A stretch of 57,939 bases of DNA, the filler included, from Sphacelaria rigidula (Eukaryota): NCBI GenBank assembly GCA_964200075.2. It is 6 parts of 6 records of this genome, joined end to end, with 100 filler letters (N's around TTAATTAATTAA, not from the genome) between each part and the next. Parts side by side here need not be neighbours in the genome. Positions count along the whole stretch, not along the records: positions 1 to 9,574 come from CAXNAA020008177.1; positions 9,675 to 19,248 come from CAXNAA020008178.1; 4 more parts are not named here. The stretch is one strand, 5' to 3'. A program made the translations under genes and the position numbers. Each line of letters opens with the position of its first letter. Positions within the stretch are counted from its first letter, which is position 1. The notes under the pieces were generated by a model. That model was not told the origin of the DNA and did no database searches. It saw only the letters and a list, made by a program, of their open reading frames with translations. Below, one piece after another: positions 1-13,834 of the stretch.

Positions 1-999
1 TGTTTGTGTATTGAAACTTTGTGTGGGGCGTGGCGGGGGCATAATCAAGAAAATAAAGTGGGTGAGATCGTTTATTTTTTATTTTTTTGATTGGTTCAGG
101 GCGTGGAAATATTTAATGGAGCGAGCACTGGAGTCATTGCTCGTTGTTGAAAATTTATGTCTGGTAAAGCTCATTTTTTCACGAGAACACCTGAACCTCT
201 CTCTCAAACAAAAATGAAGGACCATTTATTTTTTTATTTTTGCATACCTCTGTGGTCCTCCGTGCTGAGTTTCAAATTACAATTCTAAAAAATTGAGCTA
301 AAAAATTGAGATAAGGCCCAAAAGCAGTGTTTATTTCTCCTCAAAACTGCCCCAAAACCCGAATAAAAGAGAAAAAAACAACGAAAAAATTGAAAAAGCT
401 GTGTTTTTAAGCTTTATTGTGCACTAGCGGTTCTCCACACGAAATTTTATAGCATAACTCTCAAAAAACTGAGACGCGATATCCACGTTCAGCTAATCTC
501 TAGCGCATCTGCTCATAATATACTGATTTTAGTATCGTAACTTATGTTCGCCATATCTCGAGTTAGATTACGGATTAGGTGAAGGTGAGGGTATCTATGG
601 TCTCCCCGTGCTCCAGGGAATGTCCACATCAAAATTCGTCTTCATCCGCTGAATGCATCGATCGGGGGTTCCATAGAGATTTTAGTATGGACGCTATCTT
701 CCTTAGGTATAGGAATTACTAGACATGAGATTTAATCAACGAGAAAAATATGACCAAAAACTTGAGCAGGTGGGCACCTTCCCCTTGGTTAGACGACTAA
801 TACAATATGCGGATCATGGCCCAACTCGTCCGTGTCGACGAGATATTGCTTTGAGAGCTTAAATCCGTGTCTAGGCTACTCCAGCTCGTACATGTTCTAA
901 AATTTACCCAAGCCAAAGACGGCCTGGCGGAATTTGACAAAAGAAATCGCCTTTCCGGCAGTCACCAAACCTTGCAAATAACTTGAGCATAGTCCACAA

Positions 1000-2266
1000 T
1001 TTACCATAAAATAGACGGCCAGGACAGGGACACAAAAATTCCGCTCCAAAATTCACCGAACCCCGAACGCCGGGAAATCGAATCTAAGGAACACAGAAAG
1101 GTTGACGAAAAAAGCGCACGACGGAAGGTTGCAAACAGGCGACAACAACCGCAGCGTCTATGATTGTTGTTGATTGAAATCATATTGATATTATGCACGC
1201 ATATGTCGCGCTTACACGAGTCAGGCGCGTATGGTGTCAGGAAATATAATCGCGTTACCGTTTGAACGTCGTGTGCTGGTCACGAACAGTCAAGGTTGCG
1301 ATTGCCAGATAATAGACAACTCAGAAATAGACATAAACACAACAAAAAATGTAAAACTGCGAGTCAAAGATTCACCGAACTCCGAGAAATCGAAGCATTT
1401 GTTTTTTTTGTTGTTGTTGCTTACGCTCTCACTGTTTGGACTCCTACGTTGTAAGGAAAACTACTCGCGTTACCGCTTCAACTTGAGTGTGTTGCACATA
1501 AACAGGCATATGTGGTCCATAGAAAACTGCAATCTGAAAGAAACATCTAGGCTTTTTTCTCGTTCTGGTCGTGTATGCATGTAAGATTGAACTTTCCGTT
1601 TTTCAGAATCAAAACGTCAGGACCACCACTCCAATTTACCAAAAAGTAGACGGCCAGAACAGAGACAACAAAATTCGGCTCCAAAGTTCACCGAACCGCC
1701 AGAAATCGGCTATTAAATTTATCGAACCCTGAACCCCGGGAAATCGAATCTAAGGAACACAGGAAGGCCGACGAAAAAAGCGCCGTGGGGATGGCTGCAA
1801 ACACATAACAACAAACACAGCGTCTGCGATTGTTGTTGATTGAAACCGAAGCAAAGAAAGCCCTGCGAAAAAAGCACCGGGCGGTAAGCTGCATTTTTTT
1901 TTATTATTCTTGTTTACGCTCTCACTGTTCGTACGCCTACGCTGAAAGGAAAACTAATCGCGTTACCGCTTCAACGTGAGTGTGTTGCACATATACTTGG
2001 GTCAACGTGTAATCTTGTCCTCGTCTAAGATGAAGGGTGATGGAAAATCATTGCACAACCTGATCAACCTTACGTTATTATGTGTATTGCGCAATACAGC
2101 CACACATATACAGCAACATGGTCCAAAGAAAACTCTAGCCCGAAGGGAATAGATACGCTCTTCTTGCGTTTTACAGTCTGGTGTCACCTGTGTTCATCGC
2201 GTGTATGCATGAAGAATGTATAGTTGAAATTTCCGTTTTTCAGAATTAAAATGTCAGATCCACCAT
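1000..2266. repeat. Diverged tandem duplication, two units of about 630 bp (about 1000-1630 and 1636-2266)
   Basis: Colinear shared blocks: TAGACGGCCAG..AAAATTC..CTCCAAA.TTCACCGAACC, GGGAAATCGAATCTAAGGAACACAG, TTACGCTCTCACTGTT, TTTCCGTTTTTCAGAAT.AAAA.GTCAG. Confidence 0.8.
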
Positions 2267-3649
2267 CAGGGCTCCGCGTATTGCGTATTACGCGCATACT
2301 TTTTTCAGGCACTGACTGCTTGGGTCGGAGGTCGAATCTCGCCCTCGTCGTAGGTGAACGGTGATGGGAAAACATTGCACCATCTCATCAAGCTTTCGAA
2401 AATGAAAAATGTCGCAGGGTGACGTGAAGCTGAAGAGGTTTGTCAAGTGTACTGTTTCAAGAGTAGGTACAATATAATTGTCCCGCTTGCACGGAAGCGT
2501 TCACACGTAATCTTGGACATACAACGCAGTCCGATAGTTCCGGAGTCTGCGTTCGGCAGACCGTACGGAGTGGCCGAGTGAGCAACGGGTGCAGTCGCCA
2601 ATTGTTCTAGGCTTCTCCCTGGTAGGACAACTGTCGAAAGTGCAGTCACACTGTTGGGCAGTATATACCTGTGAATGCCCCAGTTTCACAGGCAAAGGGT
2701 GCAAGGGCTGAGTTCAAAGTTCATCTTGCATATTTCAGTTTGTTAACTTTACATGTCCGAGATGACCGTCAGGGCTGGTCATTTCTTGAACCGGCACCAT
2801 CTTACTCGAAGGTATACGAACGACCCAGATGACCCGCTCTGGCGGTCAGAGGATCAACACTTGACAGTGCACCTAGTTATTCCGAGTCCATGTACTTGCA
2901 TGTTGAATGGAAACGTTTTGTGAATCGATTTTGATGTACGAGTGCTCCTGCAGTAAAGATCCGACATCTTCGCGGTCGATAGGGTCACAATCCTTTCACC
3001 GCCGTGGTATGTCCATCTGTTGAATCGGCATCATTCATGCGTCCACTTGAAAAATGATGAGAGTGAGATGCCCCATCTGCGTGCGCTCAAAGGCTGGGGG
3101 GAGGAAACAAGTCCCACCCCACTGTACGTGCGTTTGCACATTATTGAGCATCGTATAATGGGGGTGAACCCAAGTGTATGCCGAGAAATTGGAGCACGCA
3201 TGCTTTCACAGTTCACTTACTTTATCCATGCCCCCACACAACCACAGCCCGCTACAACCAGCCCTCGACAGCAGCAGGGGACACTCCTTGGGGGTGTCGA
3301 AAACAAATGCAGACTCAACGTATTCACCTTTACATTAGACTATCTCGCTCTACCACAATACCCGCGGTCACAAACACTTAAAAAGAAACCCTGTGTTCTC
3401 ATAGAGGGACCCCCCCAGACACATTCGTCTGACCAAGAACGAGGGTCTAGAGCAGTGAACGACAACTCCTATCCGCTCTACCCCCCCTCCCCCCCCCCCC
3501 CCCCCCCCCCTCCATCAAACAGAGCCGGGCCGGCGGAAAACCAGCGCGCCCCCCTGCTCCCTTTGTGGGGGGTGGGGGTGAAGGTCTCATGAGTACACCC
3601 GCGCCCACCCCTATCCTGTACAACGAATTCTCCCTTCGCTCATCAATCG

Positions 3650-3809
3650 TCATCGCAAATCCGCGACGGCCATGTGCTTGCCCTGTGACCAGTCAAGCTG
3701 TGCGTCTTCGTAGATTACCACGTCTTCGGGGTGCATGTGGAAGCCCTTGAGCTTACATTCTTGAATAAGCTTCATGCCGCCTGGTTCGGTCAGTCGGAAC
3801 ACTCCGATT
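3650..3809 (-). CDS. STAMBP: AMSH/STAMBP-like JAMM deubiquitinase, terminal exon
   Basis: CAG acceptor whose phase matches the previous exon (AG|A = Arg); encodes IGVFRLTEPGGMKLIQECKLKGFHMHP...VADLR*, resembling the AMSH C-terminus (GxFRLT..G...C...GFHPH...DLR). Confidence 0.9.
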
Positions 3810-3924
3810 CTGTGAGGTACGGAATAAGAAACAAAACGACCAAGACACGGGGTATGCATGTGAAACGCGAGATCATTCAACAATGCTTCACCCACTGGTC
3901 AACACCACGATACTCTGGAGGGCT

Positions 3925-4344
3925 ACATCATACCCACAACAACGAAAAACGCGAGAATAGAAGCCACAGGGGATGTGAGGGCTTTACCGTATACAGTGTT
4001 GTCATCCCATCTATTCTGAACGTCGGTCTATACCTTTCGGTATATGTGAGCGCACCAGCCGGGGTCACACAGGAGGAAGGCGAGCACAGGAGTTTCTTTT
4101 TTATTTGTTTTAGTTCTCCACCTTTCTTCTGCGGTGCTTGCATTTCTTTGATCGCGAGAGGGTTTCAGCAGTCCCTATCCCTCGTCGACCGTTGAGTCGA
4201 ATTTTGTGTACCCACGACGTAGTCGCTAGTCGCTCTCCACTGTTGGGACTGTGTGAGAAAAATTCTCAGATCTCTCCGAGACTCGAACCCACGAACCAAC
4301 CGTCAGTAGGTTTCGAGGTTACCAACTGAGCCGCCGGCGCGACC
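3925..4344 (-). mobile_element. tRNA-derived SINE-like repeat in the AMSH intron
   Basis: Minus-strand head has an A-box-like GGCTCAGTTGG and a B-box-like GGTTCGAGTC; the body recurs at about 57225-57500; the 3' boundary is approximate. Confidence 0.6.
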
Positions 4345-6153
4345 GGTTTACAGTACAGAGCAGCGAGTTCTACAAGCTTGTCGAGGATAAAAACAAAGAC
4401 ACATCGACGCAACATACGACTCGCACAACAGCAACAGGCAGGGCTATTTCAGTGGTGTTGCCTTTGAAATTTGACTGCCTACTGTTAACATGTGTTATTT
4501 AGTTGTGCTGGACTACTGAGGCGCTCTCCTTCCCCGGGACGAATCAGTCGTCTCACGAGATCAACCCATGTCTCTCCCAGCACCTGGCTCAACATTTTCT
4601 CGTCGAGCATTGGTTGATGACAATCAGCACTCCCGTAGCCCGTTGACACCCATCGAACGATTTTGACAACTTTCGTCCTCTACCATTCTCGAACGACGGA
4701 CCCCGGAAAAGTGACCTTCCACTACGAGTACTGTCTGGATTTCAGATCCACAAATCCAGCGCGTCGCGCCCTGGTGGTGATATGGTCCGACAGACACCAT
4801 TGGAGTGAAAAGAACGCGGGTTCGATCCCGCCAGATGCGCTTGGGCTCTTGTATCCGAAACATTTTATGTACGCCGTTAAAAGCATGAGGACACGCGTAG
4901 ACAGAAAGTAGTAGACGGAGTTCGTTCGACGAGAGTTGACGCGGTGCGGGAGTGCTGAAAGTCATGGTCCAATCCGGGAGACCAAAATGCAAGGCATGTA
5001 CCGGGGGAGAAATCCGTTGATCCGTTGAGACCACGACTTCGTCCCGAGGAAGGAGAAGGGTTCGAAAATGTGTTCCGGAAAAAACAAACATGTGGTATAC
5101 CTACCGTTGGTGTTAACCAGTGTGACTGACCACCGGGGCGCAGCGGTTAGTTGTAAGATTGATAAGTCTCCAAGCACACCTACATAAGTGCACAAGGGAC
5201 GTGTTCCCAACATTCGTCACTTCCATCTGTTGAAATTACGACCTGCATCCCCGGACATCCCTCGCGAAAAAAGACACCAACAATCGCGCACGTCGACGGA
5301 GATTCGTCTACAGGCAACCAAAATTACGGAAGGACCCGATAAAGAGTAAGCAGAACTTTTGAACCGAAACACTGGCAGGAGAACGGCGCTCGCCTCTCTC
5401 CCGAGCGTACTTAGGTGAGGTTTACCCCTTCCTTGAAGGAATGAAAGGAAGATGATGGCAATATCAATGGCGTGTAGTTATTGAGCAGGTGGACCTACTG
5501 CCGCTTGGCTCACAGCTTGTTTTCGTCGCACATACGAGTACCTCAACACGAAACAGCGCAGTACAGGAAACTAGCAGCCTTTGAAGAACAGGTGATAGGC
5601 TCCGGCTGCTGCGCCGCGGCGCTTGTGGAGAGCCCTCCGCAATAGTAGTACTGAATATTACTATCATTTTAGTACTACTATACACCCCGTACGTACTGTA
5701 CTGTTGTGGTGCAGGTCTGTATAACATATATATATATATATATATATGGCGACATCGTGCCTACTCATTATCGTGAAAAAACCTACCTCTGAGGAGCACA
5801 TTGTTTGGCCCAGGGTTGGATTTAAAAAATGAATTTTCACTTTTCCAACCACAGGCGTATTTAAACCTGTGACATGGATTTCAGGAACTTCATTTTGAAT
5901 TGTGGCGATTTTTCAAATCCCATTCCTTGAAACTGTTCTGACATCTCATCCTCAGTCTTGAGTATCCTCCAAAGGCCCCGTTCTATTTTTGAGAGACCGA
6001 TTCACCCATTTCTCTCCCGGTACCCGTCTGGCGAATTACCTCCAAGTGTTGGATCATGACCAGTCCCGTAACCCGTCGACTGCCACTGACTGTGAGTACT
6101 TTTGCCGTATTTATCCATGTACGAAATATATAGCCACATCTATACACATCTCG

Positions 6154-6185
<32 letters not shown>

Positions 6186-6266
6186 CATTGCAATTGAAAT
6201 CTTCCCCTGCAAGCACCGTGAAATGCCGCTTATATTCAACTCCGATCGTACTGTACTGCACGGTAC

Positions 6267-6370
6267 CTCTTGTGGGTGTCGCAAGGGGCGTAGACGATAG
6301 CCACGGCCTCCGGGAGCATGAGCTGGTAGCCGCAGTGCGTGTGCAAGTCCACACTGGACATGAAGCATTG
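6267..6370 (-). CDS. STAMBP: AMSH/STAMBP-like deubiquitinase, internal exon
   Basis: TAG acceptor, GT donor, 104 nt; encodes [34 protein letters not shown]. This frame is not in the ORF track and was translated manually. Confidence 0.93.
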
Positions 6371-6494
6371 CTACAAGAAATGGCCACAAGAGCATACAAC
6401 ATTCAACGTATCAAGAAAGGAGAGGAGGGGGGGTGCTCCTTTGTTGCTTGCCTTAGTCGTTTGACGATTGGGAGGAGCAGAGGGGGAGAGGTGG

Positions 6495-6531
<37 letters not shown>

Positions 6532-8663
6532 AGTTCGGAAGTATGCAAACACTCTGTATTTGACCGTCTTCATTTCTTCGCAAACTTAAATGACTGGATC
6601 ATAGCTAATGGTGGGAGTTAGCACCATAGACGAATGCTGACGGTTCGACAGTGAAACCGTACGCTGCGGTGTATACCACTCCCGCGTGATGAGCTTTTCC
6701 AGGGTCGCAGAGCGCCTCACGCAGCCAGGGTGGTAAGTAGGGGGAAGTGTGATCAATTGGGGCATCGGCATCAACGTAACAGATTGCGTTTAGCGCTCGC
6801 GTCGAGGGCCGTCGATCAGTGCAACTCCAGTGGAAGCCGTACTCGATTCGATCGGGAGCGGGTGTCTGGAGCGTGAAATTGGCTCGGTATATTATATGGG
6901 AAAAATGGAATTTCAAGTGAGCGTATCAAGATTCGCGAATTGGTTGCGCCAGAGTCTGAGAACTCCCCCGCGACATGAGGCATCCGGATCGCCGTGACGG
7001 ATTGGGTCGAGCGCTATCGATAGGTGCAACTCCGATGAAAATCTCAATCGACTTCGGTGAGGTGGGGTATTGGAAAGGTACAACTCATGCATTGCAATTG
7101 GGGGTACCAACTGACCCTAGGCATGACACCTGTTCTTGACATAGGGCATTTGGGTCGTAGTGACAGTTGCGCCGAGCGCTATTGATCGGTACAGCTCCGA
7201 TGACAATCATGAGCGATTAGGTCGAGATACTGGAGGGCGTCGGGAAGGTGAAATTCGCAAATCAGACATCGCTTATCACCTAAATCATTCAAGTGATGCA
7301 CGCTTACGGCTCGTTGACATGAGATGCCCAGACCCAATTGATCAGTGGAAGCTGAGATGACCACCATTGGCCGTTGAGCGGAGTAGGTGCAGTGGACAGC
7401 GGACGCGCGGAAAAGGGTGGCATCCGGAGACTGAAATTGGCATATTGGTTGAGCAGAAGCATATGGGTCGCTCATTGATATGCTGACCAAACCACAGTGA
7501 TTGATTGAGTCGAGGGCTAGCTATCGGCCGGTGAAAACAATCGGTGCGACTCCGTTGAAAACCGTGGTCAACTCAGCCAAGATAGTGGTACCGGGTTTTA
7601 GAGGAGGGGGCCAAGATATACCTGACAAGTTTGGACCAGCACGCAAGTATACACGACCACAGCGCACATGAACAGGGAGTTTTTGCCGTCTTACATTACC
7701 ACCAGAGTTCCACCTGTCTATTGAAGCTCGTCGAAACGGAACAAGTGACCCACCACGGGGTACTATATGTTCGCCAGTGCGTCTGCTGTTTTCCTAAAAA
7801 CGTTCTCCATGGGTACCATGGGATGTGGGTCGACTCTCGCTTAGTATCCCTATATTCCCCTGGGGCGTGCGAAACTCTTTTTGCTTCACTTACTACTATT
7901 GCACGTCTTCCGAGTACCTTACTTTATTGGCAGATCTGATCTGTTTGTCTTACAATCGCCCGACCAACTTGGGGAGAGGCTTTTTCGATTCTGAGTTCAC
8001 GATGTCTCTCTTTCTTACTGCTGTTTTATTTTGTTTTGGAGTCTCAGAGGAAGTTGCTCACGAAGCGCTTATTCCTCTTGTGAGGAATAGTAGTGACGGT
8101 ACGTGGATGGCGAGCCTACGTCTGTGACCACGGGTTCGAGAGTTTGGGATAGTGTGCGGTAAAAATAATAAAATTGACGTCCGGCATGCGAAATTTGGGT
8201 ATTAGAATTCAGGGCATGCGAATTACTCAGTGATATTGACCTGCGCTGTCCAGACCAGACTATATATTGAGGCAAGGGTTATCGATCTGTGCTATTCCTA
8301 TGAAAGTCGTGGTCGATTCAGTCGAGAGTAAGGTGCTTACAAGGTGAAAATCGTTCAACAGAACCGTCCCTATTAGTTGAACTGGAGCATGCAAATTGCT
8401 CGCTGGCACGGATGGGATGTTCGGACGAAACTGACGAATCGCGTGGAGCGCCGTCGATCAGTACAACCTCCTCGAGGCTAGGACATGAACTCTACTGAAA
8501 CTTCCGGGAAAAATTATTTGCGGAAGGACAGGAAACACGTGTTGGTTTCACGGTTGGATGAAGCGCCGAAAACAGCGACGGAAGCCAGTACGCATGAGAG
8601 TAGAATGGCGCGTTCGCAACAGGCGTTGACGTCAAAAAGCCAGTAGCAAGACTGTAGTCAAAC

Positions 8664-8768
8664 CTGCATGGGGTGGGTGTGAATCCAGCCCAGCGTGATG
8701 AGCTTCTTGGAGAGCATGTAGTTGAACAGCCCTATTTCATCCGTTGTCGAACACGAGTCCGACGTGCC
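8664..8768 (-). CDS. STAMBP: AMSH/STAMBP-like deubiquitinase, internal exon (upstream exons lie off the contig)
   Basis: CAG acceptor, GT donor, 105 nt; GTSDSCSTTDEIGLFNYMLSKKLITLGWIHTHPMQ. Spliced to the next exon it gives an intact JAMM motif H-x-H-x7-S-x2-D. Confidence 0.93.
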
Positions 8769-8934
8769 CTGTACAGAAATGGCGTAACGAGAGCGCGGGG
8801 GGAAGAGGGAGGGTGTTAGGTTCTTGAAAAAATGTGTAGAAAACAAAAATACAGGAAAATAGAAAGTGACAAGAGAGAAGAAGTTGATTGGAATCTCGAT
8901 GTCTCACGGAGATACCTCAAGATACAACAATGTC

Positions 8935-9232
8935 ATGTTTTTCTTCTCCTCACACTCTGAACCCCTTCCCTTCCTCGGGATGAGTCCGTCGTCTCAAGGT
9001 ATCAACCCATCTCTCCCCCGGTACGCGCCTTTCATGTTAGTCTCGCGGATTGGGTCAGCACTCCCGCACCGCGTCAAGTCACGTCACACAAACCCAGTTT
9101 TACTCACGTTCCCACGCTTTCCACGCGATAGAAATTATACATTACGAATAAAAAACCCGACGCATCGGGAATCGAACCCCCGTCCTCTCCACCCTAATGG
9201 CGACAGTTGGGACATTACACCACCGGGGCGCG
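8935..9232 (-). mobile_element. Second tRNA-headed SINE-like family
   Basis: Minus-strand head GCGCCCCGGTGGTGTAATG...GGTTCGATTCCCG; related body segments at about 4510-4625, 4950-5070 (inverted) and 17310-17490. Confidence 0.5.
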
Positions 9233-9574
9233 GCGGCGTATGATTCTTGCTGCTCTTCATGCAGTGGTCGAGCCCACCCCCTTTTGAACAATAATAGTGG
9301 TCGTGAACGGAGGGGTTGCACGAATCGTACGATGGCCCACTAGATTCCGGTGAGGTTTGTAGAATACAAAGCACGAATGACATGGCCACTAGACAATAAA
9401 GTGACACTGGGAACACATCGTGACCCACTCCGTCGATTCATTTTATTTTCAGGCGAGGTCAAGCCATCGACACAATGATTATATTTGTTAGGGGGGGGGG
9501 GGGGGGGGGACCCCATGATCATACAAACCGAACTCCTCAGACCATAGCCCCCGCCCCCCCACAAACCCCGGATG

Positions 9575-9674
9575 NNNNNNNNNNNNNNNNNNNNNNNNNN
9601 NNNNNNNNNNNNNNNNNNTTAATTAATTAANNNNNNNNNNNNNNNNNNNNNNNNNNNNNNNNNNNNNNNNNNNN
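9575..9674. other. Artificial contig spacer (N44-TTAATTAATTAA-N44)
   Basis: 100-nt spacer with a six-frame-stop linker; the identical spacer recurs five times in the window. Confidence 0.98.
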
Positions 9675-12600
9675 GATGGGGGGGGTACCCCCCCCCCAAA
9701 AGGGGGTTCCCCCCCCCCCCCCCCGGTCGCCCAGAATGAGGTTTTCGGGAAATTGGGGGGGTGAACACTGTTTTCCAGTCTGTAGGGCCCCTTGATTTCA
9801 CAGCTAATTGCACCGCCTTCAACACTGAAAACTTCACATAAATTACAATATGAAAATGTGTGACGTGCTGCACCCCTTTTTCTGATGTGTGACTACTATT
9901 GTACAAAGCTACTGTCTGTACCATGCTCGGCAGTGCAATCGTGTACAGTATTCTGTCGTCTGCAGCTCAATACGGCGTGCATTAGGAACACAACACTAGA
10001 TGCCTGTTAATGCTGACATGATTGAAGGCATATCGGTTGGCGGGGCGATGTGGCGAAGCCAAATCCACAGTGCTGGCAAGTACGGTTGTGCGCTTGTCCC
10101 CATCTCTCCTGTGCTGCCGCAGGGGCGCGACGGTTGCGCCAGTATGGTTTCGTACAAGGATTATGCGGCGTAACTACAGCCGGTGTATCTTTCGACGGTT
10201 GACGGGTGCCATGTTGGACTTTGGCGCATCATTTTTGATTGTGAAGTTCTCGACCGCTGCTGCAGGCACCAACGTGAAACTTGGTGCACCAGTCGGGCAA
10301 ACCACAGCCAGTGTATGTACCGGAGCACAGCCACTTTCCTTCCCCGAGAAAATTAAACGAAGCGAATTCTAGTTTTGGGCAATACCGTCTGTATGGCCTC
10401 AAAACGATTACCTGGCGGCCGAGATGCTGTGCTACGTGTACCGTGAGTGAATGCACATGAGGACGTGGTAGCGCACTCACTTCCGCATCGTAACCACCTG
10501 GGAGGCTGAGGTGCTCGCAAACAAACATAAATCATTTCTGCCGCCGCCTGTGGATGATGACAATCTGTAAAAACACATTCCGGTATCGACTGTAGAGATG
10601 CTCAGGGCAGGAGGCACGGTCATGCGCGCGCTGTCGTCGCTTCCATGCCCTGAAACTTTGCCGACATCTTCTGTAGACGACAATCAACAAGTCCATACGT
10701 CTAGATCCGGGGTTGGGTGTTGCAGCAGTGCGCGAGGGGATGAAAAGAGCTCCAATTCTGTTATGAAATGATTGTTTTTTTTTCTTTTGGCGCAAGACTG
10801 ACCGATGCTAGCAATTTCAAGTTCTATCGAAGAGTAGTACGCGAGGAAAACCCCGAAACACCCCTAAATAGTTAGACCGCCCACTACTGTATATATACTC
10901 CGTATTAAACATGGAAAAATCGGACCGATCGTATGAACGAGAGTTTGGAGGATGTATAAACATCAGGGAAACAGGGCGTTTCTTGACAATCCCGCGCTTT
11001 GCAACACCACACAGTAGTACACGGACACATAGGCGCGCTCAGATTACAGCCGTAAATCACACGTACGCACGCCTGCAGCTCTCAACGAGCTGTGGCGATG
11101 AAGGGAATGTGCAGCAGGATGCAGCCTCCGCTTGCGGTGAGCCTACGCGAAGTAGAAGTGAAAGTTGCGAGAGTCATCCCCGCTTCAACGAGGCCCAAGC
11201 CCATACACAGTTCGCATGTTGTGTGTTGTTTAGTGGATGTTTGGTGCTTTGCAGGCACTTGACGGATATTTATGCGCAGCACGAAGTCCTCTGGCGTGCC
11301 GGCGTGTTATCTCGTACCACCGGTTATTCGTAGGTATTTGCGAAAGAACGTGAGCCCAGTAGGATCTGCTTGTCGGTGTGTGGTGTTTGGCGGATGTAGA
11401 GAAGTCGACTACTCATCAAAACAAATCAAAATGCATACGACAACGGGGTTAATTATTCAAAAATCGCGCACCCCCGCATCCTCTTGTCAATAGACCTAAC
11501 TGGTCCCCCCCCCCACCCCATACGCCATTTTTCCTCGTATGGTCATCTCGACAACGCAATATAAATTATGTGGTCCTCTTTTTTTGTCTGATTTTAGCTG
11601 CGTTAACCGGTAGCGAGCGTCGCCGATGAACAGTTTCACAGGCTGACAGTCCACGGACATCCTGGGGATTTCAAGGGGCGGGAGGATTGGTCTTTGGCGG
11701 AGGGGTGGGGGCCTGTTTGCAGGATAGCCGAAAGCTCACCAAGTCAGTCATGTGTGTTTGGAAGTTTCCCACGTAAAATTCCAAGCCAGGAGCGACGCCC
11801 GAGAGGAGCGGAGTGGCCATTCTGACCAATCACGGCTACCAAATGGTCACTTTGTTCCCCTACAGGTTGACTACGGGTGGGCTACTTCGCTGTCTAGCCG
11901 TATTTCTCATTTTAGTACGTAGTGACAATTTCGACAATTTAACGTTGGTGACATGAAGATCAACGACGGGCTTTTTGCTCTGCTCATGGTCTATGCCGCC
12001 TGCCTAACCCCTCATGTGTGTCAGCATAGCTTCACACTGTAGGGTTGTGATGAAACACTAAGCAGGGGCATCAGGGGCATCAGGGGCATACAGGAAACTG
12101 TGCTCAGTGGAGAGTGAGGACGCGTTTACTGGTTCTTGCCGTTGTATCCAGCGAAGACATGGAACATACACACTGACTGCACGCAAGTGACTGCAGGGTC
12201 AAAACCGGTCAGGGGTTCTCCAGTACTATTTTATATATGGATGGGCCAAATATCCACATGTTCACGAGAAAAAGCGTTTCGTATATCGAGGAAAGAGATA
12301 TTCTGAACCCTAAATGTGACATAGTCCATCTCGGTCCACTCGCGAGGGGGTCGCTGTCTAGGGTTAACATCCCCAGTTTTGATTGCGCAGCTTGGACCAA
12401 TTGTTTAGAGAAATAATGCGACAACCCGCCAATTTTCTTGCCCGCGATGGCGCCTCCAGCGCCCCCCCCCTCGCTAGCCAGAGTGGGTCGATTGGGGCTC
12501 GCGCAATGAGCGATCGAGCGCGTGTCGAGCTCCCTCGACTTTGCTCGCTCGCTCACTGTGCTCGCCGGTATATATATATATATATATTATAGTTATATCG

Positions 12601-13737
12601 TTTTTTGCTGCCGATACACAAACCCAGTATCAACCCTTTGGCCGCTGGGGTGGGTCATCTGGCTCTTGTCTTCATTTTTCGAGTGAAAATGAGCCGACCC
12701 AACAGATGACCTACCCCTTACGGTCAAATTCAGGGCCCATGAGCGGATAAGCCGCTTTCGTTGTGTTCCCCGCCAAGGGTTCAGAATCCTTGTTTTGGCG
12801 GAAGAGACAATGGCAACGCCTTCATGTGAACGAGGGGTACGGGCCCACTAGGCCGTAACCACGCACGTTGGTGGTGCCCTCTCCTGGTGACGTTTGCACA
12901 CCACCAGTGGATACAGTTACTCTGTAATTTACCTGTGTATCTGCGTTGTTGTAGGCGTCAACGGCAACGCTAGCGAGGTGCGAACGCTTACAGGGCGCAG
13001 CCATCCCCTTCCTTATAAGCCTTGCACACAGACTAGACTGCAACAAAAACCCCACTTGGTTGATCAACCATGCTAGGCTGATGCCATCCTGTTGGTCAAA
13101 AAGGGAAACACGCGAAAATGGTTTTAGCGCCCGAGCGTACTACTCTAGGTGTTCTTTTGTCTACAATATCGACATCCTCCACGGGGCTGTCAGGAAACGC
13201 AGCAATCCGCGGGCGCTAGAACGGTTGACTGGGCATTCCTGCCTTGCTGCTGATTGATGCCAACCCACATTCCCCTCATCGACGTCTCTCGTGTGCTATG
13301 CTTTATGCGTCACATTTATGGTGACACACAACTCTAGCAGCTATGAACCACAGCACTTCAACAGATGCCGGCGATGCCCCTTTCCATCCCACGCGGTTGT
13401 GGTGGACAAAGAGCAGGTACGGGCCAGGGAGGCAACACTTGTGGGTTAAAATACCAGAGAGGTTTGTGATGTAGTTGCTCACAGATTCAGTGACCACAGG
13501 GCATATCGCACGATAGCTATGACAGCAGACTGCATGTTGTACGACACGACCGCGCCCAATTTCTTGACTTGTACTTGCAGCAGGCCTCGTATCTCTCGAC
13601 TCAAGCTTGCATGTAGTCCGCTGCCGACCCTCTTCATGGGCTGGCCACGTTTCTGCTACACGCATTCCTCGTGGTGGCGTCAGTCGTTGTCGTTCCTGAT
13701 TTCCAGAGTAAATTTGATGCATTTGCCGCGCGTACAG

Positions 13738-13834
13738 AGCGGAGGAAGACGCAACCATCAATCTCGTCGCCAACGCGGGGTTCATCGTGGCGGTGGCGCT
13801 GTTTGCGCTAGTCACCCTCTTGACCGTCGATTCG
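13738..13834 (+). CDS. Mpv17/PMP22 family protein, internal exon
   Basis: TACAG acceptor, GTGAGA donor; AEEDATINLVANAGFIVAVALFALVTLLTVDS; phase-0 junction to the next exon. Confidence 0.75.

Noticed and set aside
4262-4344. tRNA gene
   Set aside because: A/B boxes are present but there is no convincing cloverleaf or acceptor stem, and it is attached to a dispersed repeat body; called a SINE head instead
9619-9630. TTAATTAATTAA recurring every ~9.67 kb as a biological periodic signal
   Set aside because: Always embedded in N runs; it is a synthetic six-frame-stop linker
10020-10700. Possible degenerate transposase or zinc-finger exon on the minus strand
   Set aside because: Cys/His residues do not form a recognisable motif and the frames are broken
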